Positions 1 to 17,556 of a stretch of 64,000 nucleotides of DNA are shown one piece after another. The DNA lies in the NCBI GenBank assembly GCA_964016885.1, contig OZ024744.1:7254001-7318000 (forward strand), in the 5' to 3' direction. This DNA is from Eledone cirrhosa. Taxonomy: Eukaryota. Below the pieces are notes generated by a model. The model worked only from the letters and a program-made list of their open reading frames with translations, was not told the origin of the DNA and ran no database searches. Position 1 is the stretch's first letter. Every line of letters begins with the position of its first letter. A program made the position numbers and the translations under genes.

Positions 1-3000
1 GTATATATAATTGGTTGATGTCACATGTATATATAATTGTTTGATGTCCGGTATATATATAATTGTTTGAGGTCAGGTATATATATAATTGTTTGATGCC
101 ACATGTATATATAATTGTTTGATGTCACATGTATATATAATTGTTTGATGTCAGATCTATATATAATTGTTTGATGTCAGGTGTATATATAATTGTTTGA
201 TGTCACATGTATATATAATTATTTGATGTCAGGTATATATATAATTGTTTGATGTCAGGTATATATATAATTGTTTGATGTCATGTGTATATATAATTGT
301 TTGATGTCACATGTATATATAATTGTTTGATGTCAGGTGTATATATAATTGTTTGATGTCAGGTGTATATATAATTTTTTGATGTCAGATGTATATATAA
401 TTGTTTGCTGTCACATGTATATATAATTGTTTGATGTCAGGTGTATATATAATTGTTTGATGTCAGGTGTATATATAATTGTTTGATGTCAGGTGTATAT
501 ATAATTGTTTGATGTCACATGTATATATAATTGTTTGATGTCAGGTGTATACATAATTGTTTGATGTCAGGTGTATATATAATTGTTTGATGTCAGATGT
601 ATATATAATTGTTTGATGTCAGGTGTATATATAATTGTTTGATGACACATGTATATATAATTGTATGATGTCACATGTTTATATAATTGTTTGATGTCAG
701 GTGTATATATAATTGTTTGATGTCAGGTGTATATATAATTGTTTGATGTCACATGTATATATAATTGTTTGATGTCAGGTGTATATATAATTGTTTGATG
801 TCACATGTATATATAATTGTCTGATTCCAGGTGTATATATAATTGTTTGATGCCAGGTGTATATATAATTGTTTGATGTCACATGTATATATAATTGTTT
901 GATGCCAGCTGTATATATAATTGTTTGATGCCACATATATATATAATTGTTTGATGTCACATGTATATATAATGTGTTGATGTCACATGTATATATAATT
1001 GTTTGATGTTACATGTATGTACAATTGTTTGATGTCAGGTGTATATATAATTGTATGATGTCAGGTGTATATATAATTGTTTGATGTCACATGTATATAT
1101 AATTGTTTGATGTCAGGTGTATATATAATTGTATGATGTCTGGTGTATATATAATTGTTTGAGGACAGGTGTATATATAATTGTTTGATGTCAGGTGTAT
1201 ATATAATTGTTTGATGTCACATGTATATATAATTGTTTGATGTCAGGTGTATATATAATTGTTTGATGTCACATGTATATATAATTGTTTGATTCCAGGT
1301 GTATATATAATTGTTTGATGCCAGGTGTATATATACTTGTTTGATGTCACATGTATATATAATTGTTTGATGTCAGGTGTATAGATAATTGTTTGATGTC
1401 AGGTGTAATATAATTGTTTGATATCAGGTGTATATATAATTGTTTGATGTCAGTTGTATATATAATTGTTTGTTGTCACATGTATATATAATTGTTTGAT
1501 GTCAGGTGTATATATAATTGTTTGATGTCACATGTATATATAATTGTTTGATGCCAGGTGTATATATAATTGTTTGATGCCAGGTGTATATATAATAGTT
1601 TGATGTCACATGTATATATAATTGTTTGATGCCAGGTGTATATATAATTGTTTGATGCCACATGTATATATAATTGTTTGATGTCAGGTGTATATATACT
1701 TGTTTGATGTCACATGTATATATAATTGTTTGATGTCAGGTGTATATATAATTGTATGATGTCAGGTGTATATATAATTGTATGATGTCAGGTGTATATA
1801 TAATTGTTTGATGTCAGGTGTATATATAATTGATTGATGTCACGTGTATATATAATTGTTCGATCTCAGGTGTATATATAATTGTTTGATGTCACATGTA
1901 TATATAATTGTATGATGTCAGGTGTATATATAATTGTTTCATGTCAGGTGTATATATAATTGTTTGATGTCAGATGTATATATAATTGTTTGATGTCACA
2001 TGTATATATAATTGTTTGATGTCAGGTGTATATATAATTGATTGATGTCAGGTGTATATATAACTGTTCGATCTCAGGTGTATATATAATTGTTTGATGA
2101 CACATGTATATATAATTGTATGATGTCACATGTTTATATAACTGTTTGATGTCAGGTGTATATATAATTGTTTGATGTCAGGTGTATATATAATTGTTTG
2201 ATGTCACATGTATATATAATTGTTTGATGTCAGGTGTATATATAATTGTTTGATGACAGGTGTATATATAATTGTTTGATGCCACATGTATATATAATTG
2301 TATGATGTCTCATGTATATATAATTGTTTGATGTCAGGTGTATATATAATTGTTTGATGTCACATGTATATATAATTGTTTGATGCCAGGTGTATATATA
2401 ATTGTTTGATGCCAGGTGTATATATAATTGTTTGATGTCACATGTATATATAATTGTTTGATGCCAGCTGTATATATAATTGTTTGATGCCACATGTATA
2501 TATAATTTTTTGATGTCACGTCTATATATAATGTGTTGATGTCACATGTATATATAATTGTTTGATGTTACATGTATGTATAATTGTTTGATGTCAGGTG
2601 TATATATAATTGTATGATGTCAGGTGTATATATAATTGTTTGATGTCACATGTATATATAATTGGTTGATGTCACATGTATATATAATTGTTTGATGTCC
2701 GGTATATATATAATTGTTTGAGGTCAGGTATATATATAATTGTTTGATGTCACATGTATATATAATTGTTTGATGTCACATGTATATATAATTGTTTGAT
2801 GTCAGATCTATATATAATTGTTTGATGTCAGGTGTATATATAATTGTTTGATGTCACATGTATATATAATTGTTTGATGTCAGGTATATATATAATTGTT
2901 TGATATCAGGTATATATATAATTGTTTGATGTCATGTGTATATATAATTGTTTGATGTCACATGTATATATAATTGTTTGATGTCAGGTGTATATATAAT

Positions 3001-6000
3001 TGTTTGATGTCAGGTGTATATATAATTTTTTGATGTCAGATGTATATATAATTGTTTGATGTCACATGTATATATAATTGTTTGATGTCAGGTGTATATA
3101 TAATTGTTTGATGTCAGGTGTATATATAATTGTTTGATGTCAGGTGTATATATAATTGTTTGATGTCACATGTATATATAATTGTTTGATGTCAGGTGTA
3201 TATATAATTGTTTGATGTCAGGTGTATATATAATTGTTTGATGTCAGATGTATATATAATTGTTTGATGTCAGGTGTATACATAATTGTTTGATGACACA
3301 TGTATATATAATTGTATGATGTCACATGTTTATATAATTGTTTGATGTCAGGTGTATATATAATTGTTTGATGTCAGGTGTATATATAATTGTTTGATGT
3401 CACATGTATATATAATTGTTTGATGTCAGGTGTATATATAATTGTTTGATGTCACATGTATATATAATTGTCTGATTCCAGGTGTATATATAATTGTTTG
3501 ATGCCAGGTGTATATATAATTGTTTGATGTCACATGTATATATAATTGTTTGATGCCAGCTGTATATATAATTGTTTGATGCCACATGTATATATAATTG
3601 TTTGATGTCACGTGTATATATAATGTGTTGATGTCACATGTATAAATAATTGTTTGATGTTACATGTATGTACAATTGTTTGATGTCAGGTGTATATATA
3701 ATTGTATGATGTCAGGTGTATATATAATTGTTTGATGTAACATGTATATATTATTGGTTGATGTCACATGTATATACAATTGTTTGATGTCAGGTATATA
3801 TATAATTGTTTGAGGTCAGTTATATATATAATTGTTTGATGTCACATGTATATATAATTGTTTGATGTCACATGTATATATAATTGTTTGATGTCAGATC
3901 TATATATAATTGTTTGATGTCAGGTGTATATATAATTGTTTGATGTCACATGTATATATAATTGTTTGATGTCAGGTGTATATATAATTGTTTGATGTCA
4001 GATGTATAATTAATTGTTTGATGTCAGGTGTATATATAATTGTTTGATGACACATGTATATATAATTGTATGATGTCACATGTTTATATAATTGTTTGAT
4101 GTCAGGTGTATATATAATTGTTTGATGTCACATGTATATATAATTGTCTGATGCCAGGTGTACACATAATTGTTTGATATCAGGTGTATACATAATTGTT
4201 TTATGACATGTGTATATATAATTGTTTGATGTCACATGTATATATAATTGTTTGATGTCAGGTGTATATATAATTGTATGATGTCTGGTGTATATATAAT
4301 TGTTTGAGGACAGGTGTATATATAATTGTTTGATGTCAGGTGTATATATAATTGTTTGATGTCACATGTATATATAATTGTTTGATGTCAGGTGTATATA
4401 TAATTGTTTGATGTCACATGTATATATAATTGTTTGATTCCAGGTGTATATATAATTGTTTGATGCCAGGTGTATATATACTTGTTTGATGTCACATGTA
4501 TATATAATTGTTTGATGTCAGGTGTATAGATAATTGTTTGATGTCAGGTGTAATATAATTGTTTGATATCAGGTGTATATATAATTGTTTGATGTCAGTT
4601 GTATATATAATTGTTTGATGTCACATGTATATATAATTGTTTGATGTCAGGTGTATATATAATTGTTTGATGTCACATGTATATATAATTGTTTGATGCC
4701 AGGTGTATATATAATTGTTTGATGCCAGGTGTATATATAATAGTTTGATGTCACATGTATATATAATTGTTTGATGCCAGGTGTATATATAATTGTTTGA
4801 TGCCACATGTATATATAATTGTTTGATGTCAGGTGTATATATACTTGTTTGATGTCACATGTATATATAATTGTTTGATGTCAGGTGTATATATAATTGT
4901 ATGATGTCAGGTGTATATATAATTGTATGCTGTCAGGTGTATATATAATTGTTTGATGTCAGGTGTATATATAATTGATTGATGTCAGGTGTATATATAA
5001 TTGTTCGATCTCAGGTGTATATATAATTGTTTGATGTCACATGTATATATAATTGTATGATGTCAGGTGTATATATAATTGTTTCATGTCAGGTGTATAT
5101 ATAATTGTTTGATGTCAGATGTATATATAATTGTTTGATGTCACATGTATATATAATTGTTTGATGTCAGGTGTATATATAATTGATTGATGTCAGGTGT
5201 ATATATAACTGTTCGATCTCAGGAGTATATATAATTGTTTGATGTCACATGTATATATAATTGTTTGATGTCTGGTGTATATATAATTGTTTGATGTCAG
5301 ATGTATATATAATTGTTTGATGTCAGGTGTATATATAATTGTTTGATGACACATGTATATATAATTGTATGATGTCACATGTTTATATAATTGTTTGATG
5401 TCAGGTGTATATATAATTGTTTGATGTCAGGTGTATATATAATTGTTTGATGTCACATGTATATATAATTGTTTGATGTCAGGTGTATATATAATTGTTT
5501 GATGACAGGTGTATATATAATTGTTTGATGCCACATGTATATATAATTGTATGATGTCTCATGTATATATAATTGTTTGATGTCAGGTGTATATATAATT
5601 GTTTGATGTCACATGTATATATAATTGTTTGATGCCAGGTGTATATATAATTGTTTGATGCCAGGTGTATATATAATTGTTTGATGTCACATGTATATAT
5701 TATTGTTTGATGCCAGCTGTATATATAATTGTTTGATGCCACATGTATATATAATTGTTTGATGTCACGTGTATATATAATGTGTTGATGTCACATGTAT
5801 ATATAATTGTTTGATGTTACATGTATGTATAATTGTTTGATGTCAGGTGTATATATAATTGTATGATGTCAGGTGTATATATAATTGTTTGATGTCACAT
5901 GTATATATAATTGGTTGATGTCACATGTATATATAATTGTTTGATGTCCGGTATATATATAATTGTTTGAGGTCAGGTATATATATAATTGTTTGATGCC

Positions 6001-9000
6001 ACATGTATATATAATTGTTTGATGTCACATGTATATATAATTGTTTGATGTCAGATCTATATATAATTGTTTGATGTCAGGTGTATATATAATTGTTTGA
6101 TGTCACATGTATATATAATTGTTTGATGTCAGGTATATATATAATTGTTTGATGTCAGGTATATATATAATTGTTTGATGTCATGTGTATATATAATTGT
6201 TTGATGTCACATGTATATATAATTGTTTGATGTCAGGTGTATATATAATTGTTTGATGTCAGGTGTATATATAATTGTTTGATGTCAGGTGTATATATAA
6301 TTGTTTGATGTCACATGTATATATAATTGTTTGATGTCAGGTGTATATATAATTGTTTGATGTCAGGTGTATATATAATTGTCTGATGCCAGGTGTACAC
6401 ATAATTGTTTGATATCAGGTGTATACATAATTGTTTTATGACATGTGTATATATAATTGTTTGATGTCACATGTATATATAATTGTTTGATGTCAGGTGT
6501 ATATATAATTGTATGATGTCTGGTGTATATATAATTGTTTGAGGACAGGTGTATATATAATTGTTTGATGTCAGGTGTATATATAATTGTTTGATGTCAC
6601 ATGTATATATAATTGTTTGATGTCAGGTGTATATATAATTGTTTGATGTCACATGTATATATAATTGTTTGATTCCAGGTGTATATATAATTGTTTGATG
6701 CCAGGTGTATATATACTTGTTTGATGTCACATGTATATATAATTGTTTGATGTCAGGTGTATAGATAATTGTTTGATGTCAGGTGTAATATAATTGTTTG
6801 ATATCAGGTGTATATATAATTGTTTGATGTCAGTTGTATATATAATTGTTTGATGTCACATGTATATATAATTGTTTGATGTCAGGTGTATATATAATTG
6901 TTTGATGTCACATGTATATATAATTGTTTGATGCCAGGTGTATATATAATTGTTTGATGTCAGGTGTATATATAATAGTTTGATGTCACATGTATATATA
7001 ATTGTTTGATGCCAGGTGTATATATAATTGTTTGATGCCACATGTATATATAATTGTTTGATGTCCGGTGTATATATACTTGTTTGATGTCACATGTATA
7101 TATAATTGTTTGATGTCAGGTGTATATATAATTGTATGATGTCAGGTGTATATATAATTGTATGATGTCAGGTGTATATATAATTGTTTGATGTCAGGTG
7201 TATATATAATTGATTGATGTCAGGTGTATATATAATTGTTCGATCTCAGGTGTATATATAATTGTTTGATGTCACATGTATATATAATTGTATGATGTCA
7301 GGTGTATATATAATTGTTTCATGTCAGGTGTATATATAATTGTTTGATGTCAGATGTATATATAATTGTTTGATGTCACATGTATATATAATTGTTTGAT
7401 GTCAGGTGTATATATAATTGATTGATGTCAGGTGTATATATAACTGTTCGATCTCAGGTGTATATATAATTGTTTGATGACACATGTATATATAATTGTA
7501 TGATGTCACATGTTTATATAATTGTTTGATGTCAGGTGTATATATAATTGTTTGATGTCAGGTGTATATATAATTGTTTGATGTCACATGTATATATAAT
7601 TGTTTGATGTCAGGTGTATATATAATTGTTTGATGACAGGTGTATATATAATTGTTTGATGCCACATGTATATATAATTGTATGATGTCTCATGTATATA
7701 TAATTGTTTGATGTCAGGTGTATATATAATTGTTTGATGTCACATGTATATATAATTGTTTGATGCCAGGTGTATATATAATTGTTTGATGCCAGGTGTA
7801 TATATAATTGTTTGATGTCACATGTATATATAATTGTTTGATGCCAGCTGTATATATAATTGTTTGATGCCACATGTATATATAATTGTTTGATGTCACG
7901 TGTATATATAATGTGTTGATGTCACATGTATATATAATTGTTTGATGTTACATGTATGTATAATTGTTTGATGTCATGTGTATATATAATTGTATGATGT
8001 CAGGTGTATATATAATTGTTTGATGTCACATGTATATATAATTGGTTGATGTCACATGTATATATAATTGTTTGATGTCCGGTATATATATAATTGTTTG
8101 AGGTCAGGTATATATATAATTGTTTGATGTCACATGTATATATAATTGTTTGATGTCACATGTATATATAATTGTTTGATGTCAGATCTATATATAATTG
8201 TTTGATGTCAGGTGTATATATAATTGTTTGATGTCACATGTATATATAATTGTTTGATGTCAGGTATATATATAATTGTTTGATGTCAGGTATATATATA
8301 ATTGTTTGATGTCATGTGTATATATAATTGTTTGATGTCACATGTATATATAATTGTTTGATGTCAGGTGTATATATAATTGTTTGATGTCAGGTGTATA
8401 TATAATTTTTTGATGTCAGATGTATATATAATTGTTTGATGTCACATGTATATATAATTGTTTGATGTCAGGTGTATATATAATTGTTTGATGTCAGGTG
8501 TATATATAATTGTTTGATGTCAGGTGTATATATAATTGTTTGATGTCACATGTATATATAATTGTTTGATGTCAGGTGTATATATAATTGTTTGATGTCA
8601 GGTGTATATATAATTGTTTGATGTCAGATGTATATATAATTGTTTGATGTCAGGTGTATATATAATTGTTTGATGACACATGTATATATAATTGTATGAT
8701 GTCACATGTTTATATAATTGTTTGATGTCAGGTGTATATATAATTGTTTGATGTCAGGTGTATATATAATTGTTTGATGTCACATGTATATATAATTGTT
8801 TGATGTCAGGTGTATATATAATTGTTTGATGTCACATGTATATATAATTGTCTGATTCCAGGTGTATATATAATTGTTTGATGCCAGGTGTATATATAAT
8901 TGTTTGATGTCACATGTATATATAATTGTTTGATGCCAGCTGTATATATAATTGTTTGATGCCACATGTATATATAATTGTTTGATGTCACGTGTATATA

Positions 9001-12000
9001 TAATGTGTTGATGTCACATGTATATATAATTGTTTGATGTTACATGTATGTACAATTGTTTGATGTCAGGTGTATATATAATTGTATGATGTCAGGTGTA
9101 TATATAATTGTTTGATGTCACATGTATATATTATTGGTTGATGTCACATGTATATACAATTGTTTGATGTCAGGTATATATATAATTGTTTGAGGTCAGT
9201 TATATATATAATTGTTTGATGTCACATGTATATATAATTGTTTGATGTCACATGTATATATAATTGTTTGATGTCAGATCTATATATAATTGTTTGATGT
9301 CAGGTGTATATATAATTGTTTGATGTCACATGTATATATAATTGTTTGATGTCAGGTGTATATATAATTGTTTGATGTCAGATGTATAATTAATTGTTTG
9401 ATGTCAGGTGTATATATAATTGTTTGATGACACATGTATATATAATTGTATGATGTCACATGTTTATATAATTGTTTGATGTCAGGTGTATATATAATTG
9501 TTTGATGTCACATGTATATATAATTGTCTGATGCCAGGTGTACACATAATTGTTTGATATCAGGTGTATACATAATTGTTTTATGACATGTGTATATATA
9601 ATTGTTTGATGTCACATGTATATATAATTGTTTGATGTCAGGTGTATATATAATTGTATGATGTCTGGTGTATATATAATTGTTTGAGGACAGGTGTATA
9701 TATAATTGTTTGATGTCAGGTGTATATATAATTGTTTGATGTCACATGTATATATAATTGTTTGATGTCAGGTGTATATATAATTGTTTGATGTCACATG
9801 TATATATAATTGTTTGATTCCAGGTGTATATATAATTGTTTGATGCCAGGTGTATATATACTTGTTTGATGTCACATGTATATATAATTGTTTGATGTCA
9901 GGTGTATAGATAATTGTTTGATGTCAGGTGTAATATAATTGTTTGATATCAGGTGTATATATAATTGTTTGATGTCAGTTGTATATATAATTGTTTGATG
10001 TCACATGTATATATAATTGTTTGATGTCAGGTGTATATATAATTGTTTGATGTCACATGTATATATAATTGTTTGATGCCAGGTGTATATATAATTGTTT
10101 GATGCCAGGTGTATATATAATAGTTTGATGTCACATGTATATATAATTGTTTGATGCCAGGTGTATATATAATTGTTTGATGCCACATGTATATATAATT
10201 GTTTGATGTCAGGTGTATATATACTTGTTTGATGTCACATGTATATATAATTGTTTGATGTCAGGTGTATATATAATTGTATGATGTCAGGTGTATATAT
10301 AATTGTATGATGTCAGGTGTATATATAATTGTTTGATGTCAGGTGTATATATAATTGATTGATGTCAGGTGTATATATAATTGTTCGATCTCAGGTGTAT
10401 ATATAATTGTTTGATGTCACATGTATATATAATTGTATGATGTCAGGTGTATATATAATTGTTTCATGTCAGGTGTATATATAATTGTTTGATGTCAGAT
10501 GTATATATAATTGTTTGATGTCACATGTATATATAATTGTTTGATGTCAGGTGTATATATAATTGATTGATGTCAGGTGTATATATAACTGTTCGATCTC
10601 AGGAGTATATATAATTGTTTGATGTCACATGTATATATAATTGTTTGATGTCAGGTGTATATATAATTGTTTGATGTCAGATGTATATATAATTGTTTGA
10701 TGTCAGGTGTATATATAATTGTTTGATGACACATGTATATATAATTGTATGATGTCACATGTTTATATAATTGTTTGATGTCAGGTGTATATATAATTGT
10801 TTGATGTCAGGTGTATATATAATTGTTTGATGTCACATGTATATATAATTGTTTGATGTCAGGTGTATATATAATTGTTTGATGACAGGTGTATATATAA
10901 TTGTTTGATGCCACATGTATATATAATTGTATGATGTCTCATGTATATATAATTGTTTGATGTCAGGTGTATATATAATTGTTTGATGTCACATGTATAT
11001 ATAATTGTTTGATGCCAGGTGTATATATAATTGTTTGATGCCAGGTGTATATATAATTGTTTGATGTCACATGTATATATTATTGTTTGATGCCAGCTGT
11101 ATATATAATTGTTTGATGCCACATGTATATATAATTGTTTGATGTCACGTGTATATATAATGTGTTGATGTCACATGTATATATAATTGTTTGATGTTAC
11201 ATGTATGTATAATTGTTTGATGTCAGGTGTATATATAATTGTATGATGTCAGGTGTATATATAATTGTTTGATGTCACATGTATATATAATTGGTTGATG
11301 TCACATGTATATATAATTGTTTGATGTCCGGTATATATATAATTGTTTGAGGTCAGGTATATATATAATTGTTTGATGCCACATGTATATATAATTGTTT
11401 GATGTCACATGTATATATAATTGTTTGATGTCAGATCTATATATAATTGTTTGATGTCAGGTGTATATATAATTGTTTGATGTCACATGTATATATAATT
11501 ATTTGATGTCAGGTATATATATAATTGTTTGATGTCAGGTATATATATAATTGTTTGATGTCATGTGTATATATAATTGTTTGATGTCACATGTATATAT
11601 AATTGTTTGATGTCAGGTGTATATATAATTGTTTGATGTCAGGTGTATATATAATTTTTTGATGTCAGATGTATATATAATTGTTTGCTGTCACATGTAT
11701 ATATAATTGTTTGATGTCAGGTGTATATATAATTGTTTGATGTCAGGTGTATATATAATTGTTTGATGTCAGGTGTATATATAATTGTTTGATGTCACAT
11801 GTATATATAATTGTTTGATGTCAGGTGTATACATAATTGTTTGATGTCAGGTGTATATATAATTGTTTGATGTCAGATGTATATATAATTGTTTGATGTC
11901 AGGTGTATATATAATTGTTTGATGACACATGTATATATAATTGTATGATGTCACATGTTTATATAATTGTTTGATGTCAGGTGTATATATAATTGTTTGA

Positions 12001-15000
12001 TGTCAGGTGTATATATAATTGTTTGATGTCACATGTATATATAATTGTTTGATGTCAGGTGTATATATAATTGTTTGATGTCACATGTATATATAATTGT
12101 CTGATTCCAGGTGTATATATAATTGTTTGATGCCAGGTGTATATATAATTGTTTGATGTCACATGTATATATAATTGTTTGATGCCAGCTGTATATATAA
12201 TTGTTTGATGCCACATATATATATAATTGTTTGATGTCACATGTATATATAATGTGTTGATGTCACATGTATATATAATTGTTTGATGTTACATGTATGT
12301 ACAATTGTTTGATGTCAGGTGTATATATAATTGTATGATGTCAGGTGTATATATAATTGTTTGATGTCACATGTATATATAATTGTTTGATGTCAGGTGT
12401 ATATATAATTGTATGATGTCTGGTGTATATATAATTGTTTGAGGACAGGTGTATATATAATTGTTTGATGTCAGGTGTATATATAATTGTTTGATGTCAC
12501 ATGTATATATAATTGTTTGATGTCAGGTGTATATATAATTGTTTGATGTCACATGTATATATAATTGTTTGATTCCAGGTGTATATATAATTGTTTGATG
12601 CCAGGTGTATATATACTTGTTTGATGTCACATGTATATATAATTGTTTGATGTCAGGTGTATAGATAATTGTTTGATGTCAGGTGTAATATAATTGTTTG
12701 ATATCAGGTGTATATATAATTGTTTGATGTCAGTTGTATATATAATTGTTTGTTGTCACATGTATATATAATTGTTTGATGTCAGGTGTATATATAATTG
12801 TTTGATGTCACATGTATATATAATTGTTTGATGCCAGGTGTATATATAATTGTTTGATGCCAGGTGTATATATAATAGTTTGATGTCACATGTATATATA
12901 ATTGTTTGATGCCAGGTGTATATATAATTGTTTGATGCCACATGTATATATAATTGTTTGATGTCAGGTGTATATATACTTGTTTGATGTCACATGTATA
13001 TATAATTGTTTGATGTCAGGTGTATATATAATTGTATGATGTCAGGTGTATATATAATTGTATGATGTCAGGTGTATATATAATTGTTTGATGTCAGGTG
13101 TATATATAATTGATTGATGTCACGTGTATATATAATTGTTCGATCTCAGGTGTATATATAATTGTTTGATGTCACATGTATATATAATTGTATGATGTCA
13201 GGTGTATATATAATTGTTTCATGTCAGGTGTATATATAATTGTTTGATGTCAGATGTATATATAATTGTTTGATGTCACATGTATATATAATTGTTTGAT
13301 GTCAGGTGTATATATAATTGATTGATGTCAGGTGTATATATAACTGTTCGATCTCAGGTGTATATATAATTGTTTGATGACACATGTATATATAATTGTA
13401 TGATGTCACATGTTTATATAACTGTTTGATGTCAGGTGTATATATAATTGTTTGATGTCAGGTGTATATATAATTGTTTGATGTCACATGTATATATAAT
13501 TGTTTGATGTCAGGTGTATATATAATTGTTTGATGACAGGTGTATATATAATTGTTTGATGCCACATGTATATATAATTGTATGATGTCTCATGTATATA
13601 TAATTGTTTGATGTCAGGTGTATATATAATTGTTTGATGTCACATGTATATATAATTGTTTGATGCCAGGTGTATATATAATTGTTTGATGCCAGGTGTA
13701 TATATAATTGTTTGATGTCACATGTATATATAATTGTTTGATGCCAGCTGTATATATAATTGTTTGATGCCACATGTATATATAATTTTTTGATGTCACG
13801 TCTATATATAATGTGTTGATGTCACATGTATATATAATTGTTTGATGTTACATGTATGTATAATTGTTTGATGTCAGGTGTATATATAATTGTATGATGT
13901 CAGGTGTATATATAATTGTTTGATGTCACATGTATATATAATTGGTTGATGTCACATGTATATATAATTGTTTGATGTCCGGTATATATATAATTGTTTG
14001 AGGTCAGGTATATATATAATTGTTTGATGTCACATGTATATATAATTGTTTGATGTCACATGTATATATAATTGTTTGATGTCAGATCTATATATAATTG
14101 TTTGATGTCAGGTGTATATATAATTGTTTGATGTCACATGTATATATAATTGTTTGATGTCAGGTATATATATAATTGTTTGATATCAGGTATATATATA
14201 ATTGTTTGATGTCATGTGTATATATAATTGTTTGATGTCACATGTATATATAATTGTTTGATGTCAGGTGTATATATAATTGTTTGATGTCAGGTGTATA
14301 TATAATTTTTTGATGTCAGATGTATATATAATTGTTTGATGTCACATGTATATATAATTGTTTGATGTCAGGTGTATATATAATTGTTTGATGTCAGGTG
14401 TATATATAATTGTTTGATGTCAGGTGTATATATAATTGTTTGATGTCACATGTATATATAATTGTTTGATGTCAGGTGTATATATAATTGTTTGATGTCA
14501 GGTGTATATATAATTGTTTGATGTCAGATGTATATATAATTGTTTGATGTCAGGTGTATACATAATTGTTTGATGACACATGTATATATAATTGTATGAT
14601 GTCACATGTTTATATAATTGTTTGATGTCAGGTGTATATATAATTGTTTGATGTCAGGTGTATATATAATTGTTTGATGTCACATGTATATATAATTGTT
14701 TGATGTCAGGTGTATATATAATTGTTTGATGTCACATGTATATATAATTGTCTGATTCCAGGTTTATATATAATTGTTTGATGCCAGGTGTATATATAAT
14801 TGTTTGATGTCACATGTATATATAATTGTTTGATGCCAGCTGTATATATAATTGTTTGATGCCACATGTATATATAATTGTTTGATGTCACGTGTATATA
14901 TAATGTGTTGATGTCACATGTATAAATAATTGTTTGATGTTACATGTATGTACAATTGTTTGATGTCAGGTGTATATATAATTGTATGATGTCAGGTGTA

Positions 15001-17556
15001 TATATAATTGTTTGATGTAACATGTATATATTATTGGTTGATGTCACATGTATATACAATTGTTTGATGTCAGGTATATATATAATTGTTTGAGGTCAGT
15101 TATATATATAATTGTTTGATGTCACATGTATATATAATTGTTTGATGTCACATGTATATATAATTGTTTGATGTCAGATCTATATATAATTGTTTGATGT
15201 CAGGTGTATATATAATTGTTTGATGTCACATGTATATATAATTGTTTGATGTCAGGTGTATATATAATTGTTTGATGTCAGATGTATAATTAATTGTTTG
15301 ATGTCAGGTGTATATATAATTGTTTGATGACACATGTATATATAATTGTATGATGTCACATGTTTATATAATTGTTTGATGTCAGGTGTATATATAATTG
15401 TTTGATGTCACATGTATATATAATTGTCTGATGCCAGGTGTACACATAATTGTTTGATATCAGGTGTATACATAATTGTTTTATGACATGTGTATATATA
15501 ATTGTTTGATGTCACATGTATATATAATTGTTTGATGTCAGGTGTATATATAATTGTATGATGTCTGGTGTATATATAATTGTTTGAGGACAGGTGTATA
15601 TATAATTGTTTGATGTCAGGTGTATATATAATTGTTTGATGTCACATGTATATATAATTGTTTGATGTCAGGTGTATATATAATTGTTTGATGTCACATG
15701 TATATATAATTGTTTGATTCCAGGTGTATATATAATTGTTTGATGCCAGGTGTATATATACTTGTTTGATGTCACATGTATATATAATTGTTTGATGTCA
15801 GGTGTATAGATAATTGTTTGATGTCAGGTGTAATATAATTGTTTGATATCAGGTGTATATATAATTGTTTGATGTCAGTTGTATATATAATTGTTTGATG
15901 TCACATGTATATATAATTGTTTGATGTCAGGTGTATATATAATTGTTTGATGTCACATGTATATATAATTGTTTGATGCCAGGTGTATATATAATTGTTT
16001 GATGCCAGGTGTATATATAATAGTTTGATGTCACATGTATATATAATTGTTTGATGCCAGGTGTATATATAATTGTTTGATGCCACATGTATATATAATT
16101 GTTTGATGTCAGGTGTATATATACTTGTTTGATGTCACATGTATATATAATTGTTTGATGTCAGGTGTATATATAATTGTATGATGTCAGGTGTATATAT
16201 AATTGTATGATGTCAGGTGTATATATAATTGTTTGATGTCAGGTGTATATATAATTGATTGATGTCAGGTGTATATATAATTGTTCGATCTCAGGTGTAT
16301 ATATAATTGTTTGATGTCACATGTATATATAATTGTATGATGTCAGGTGTATATATAATTGTTTCATGTCAGGTGTATATATAATTGTTTGATGTCAGAT
16401 GTATATATAATTGTTTGATGTCACATGTATATATAATTGTTTGATGTCAGGTGTATATATAATTGATTGATGTCAGGTGTATATATAACTGTTCGATCTC
16501 AGGAGTATATATAATTGTTTGATGTCACATGTATATATAATTGTTTGATGTCTGGTGTATATATAATTGTTTGATGTCAGATGTATATATAATTGTTTGA
16601 TGTCAGGTGTATATATAATTGTTTGATGACACATGTATATATAATTGTATGATGTCACATGTTTATATAATTGTTTGATGTCAGGTGTATATATAATTGT
16701 TTGATGTCAGGTGTATATATAATTGTTTGATGTCACATGTATATATAATTGTTTGATGTCAGGTGTATATATAATTGTTTGATGACAGGTGTATATATAA
16801 TTGTTTGATGCCACATGTATATATAATTGTATGATGTCTCATGTATATATAATTGTTTGATGTCAGGTGTATATATAATTGTTTGATGTCACATGTATAT
16901 ATAATTGTTTGATGCCAGGTGTATATATAATTGTTTGATGCCAGGTGTATATATAATTGTTTGATGTCACATGTATATATTATTGTTTGATGCCAGCTGT
17001 ATATATAATTGTTTGATGCCACATGTATATATAATTGTTTGATGTCACGTGTATATATAATGTGTTGATGTCACATGTATATATAATTGTTTGATGTTAC
17101 ATGTATGTATAATTGTTTGATGTCAGGTGTATATATAATTGTATGATGTCAGGTGTATATATAATTGTTTGATGTCACATGTATATATAATTGGTTGATG
17201 TCACATGTATATATAATTGTTTGATGTCCGGTATATATATAATTGTTTGAGGTCAGGTATATATATAATTGTTTGATGCCACATGTATATATAATTGTTT
17301 GATGTCACATGTATATATAATTGTTTGATGTCAGATCTATATATAATTGTTTGATGTCAGGTGTATATATAATTGTTTGATGTCACATGTATATATAATT
17401 GTTTGATGTCAGGTATATATATAATTGTTTGATGTCAGGTATATATATAATTGTTTGATGTCATGTGTATATATAATTGTTTGATGTCACATGTATATAT
17501 AATTGTTTGATGTCAGGTGTATATATAATTGTTTGATGTCAGGTGTATATATAATT
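1..17556. repeat. Higher-order repeat: 1-~6,276 recurs at 11,281-~17,556 (offset 11,280); internal offset of 5,380
   Basis: Variant-dependent ORFs recur at +11,280 (749/12029, 1476/12756, 2230/13510, 4621/15901, 5193/16473, 5479/16759) and at +5,380 (1476/6856, 2230/7610, 3400/8780, 4621/10001, 5479/10859). Sequence lines match by eye. Confidence 0.92.
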
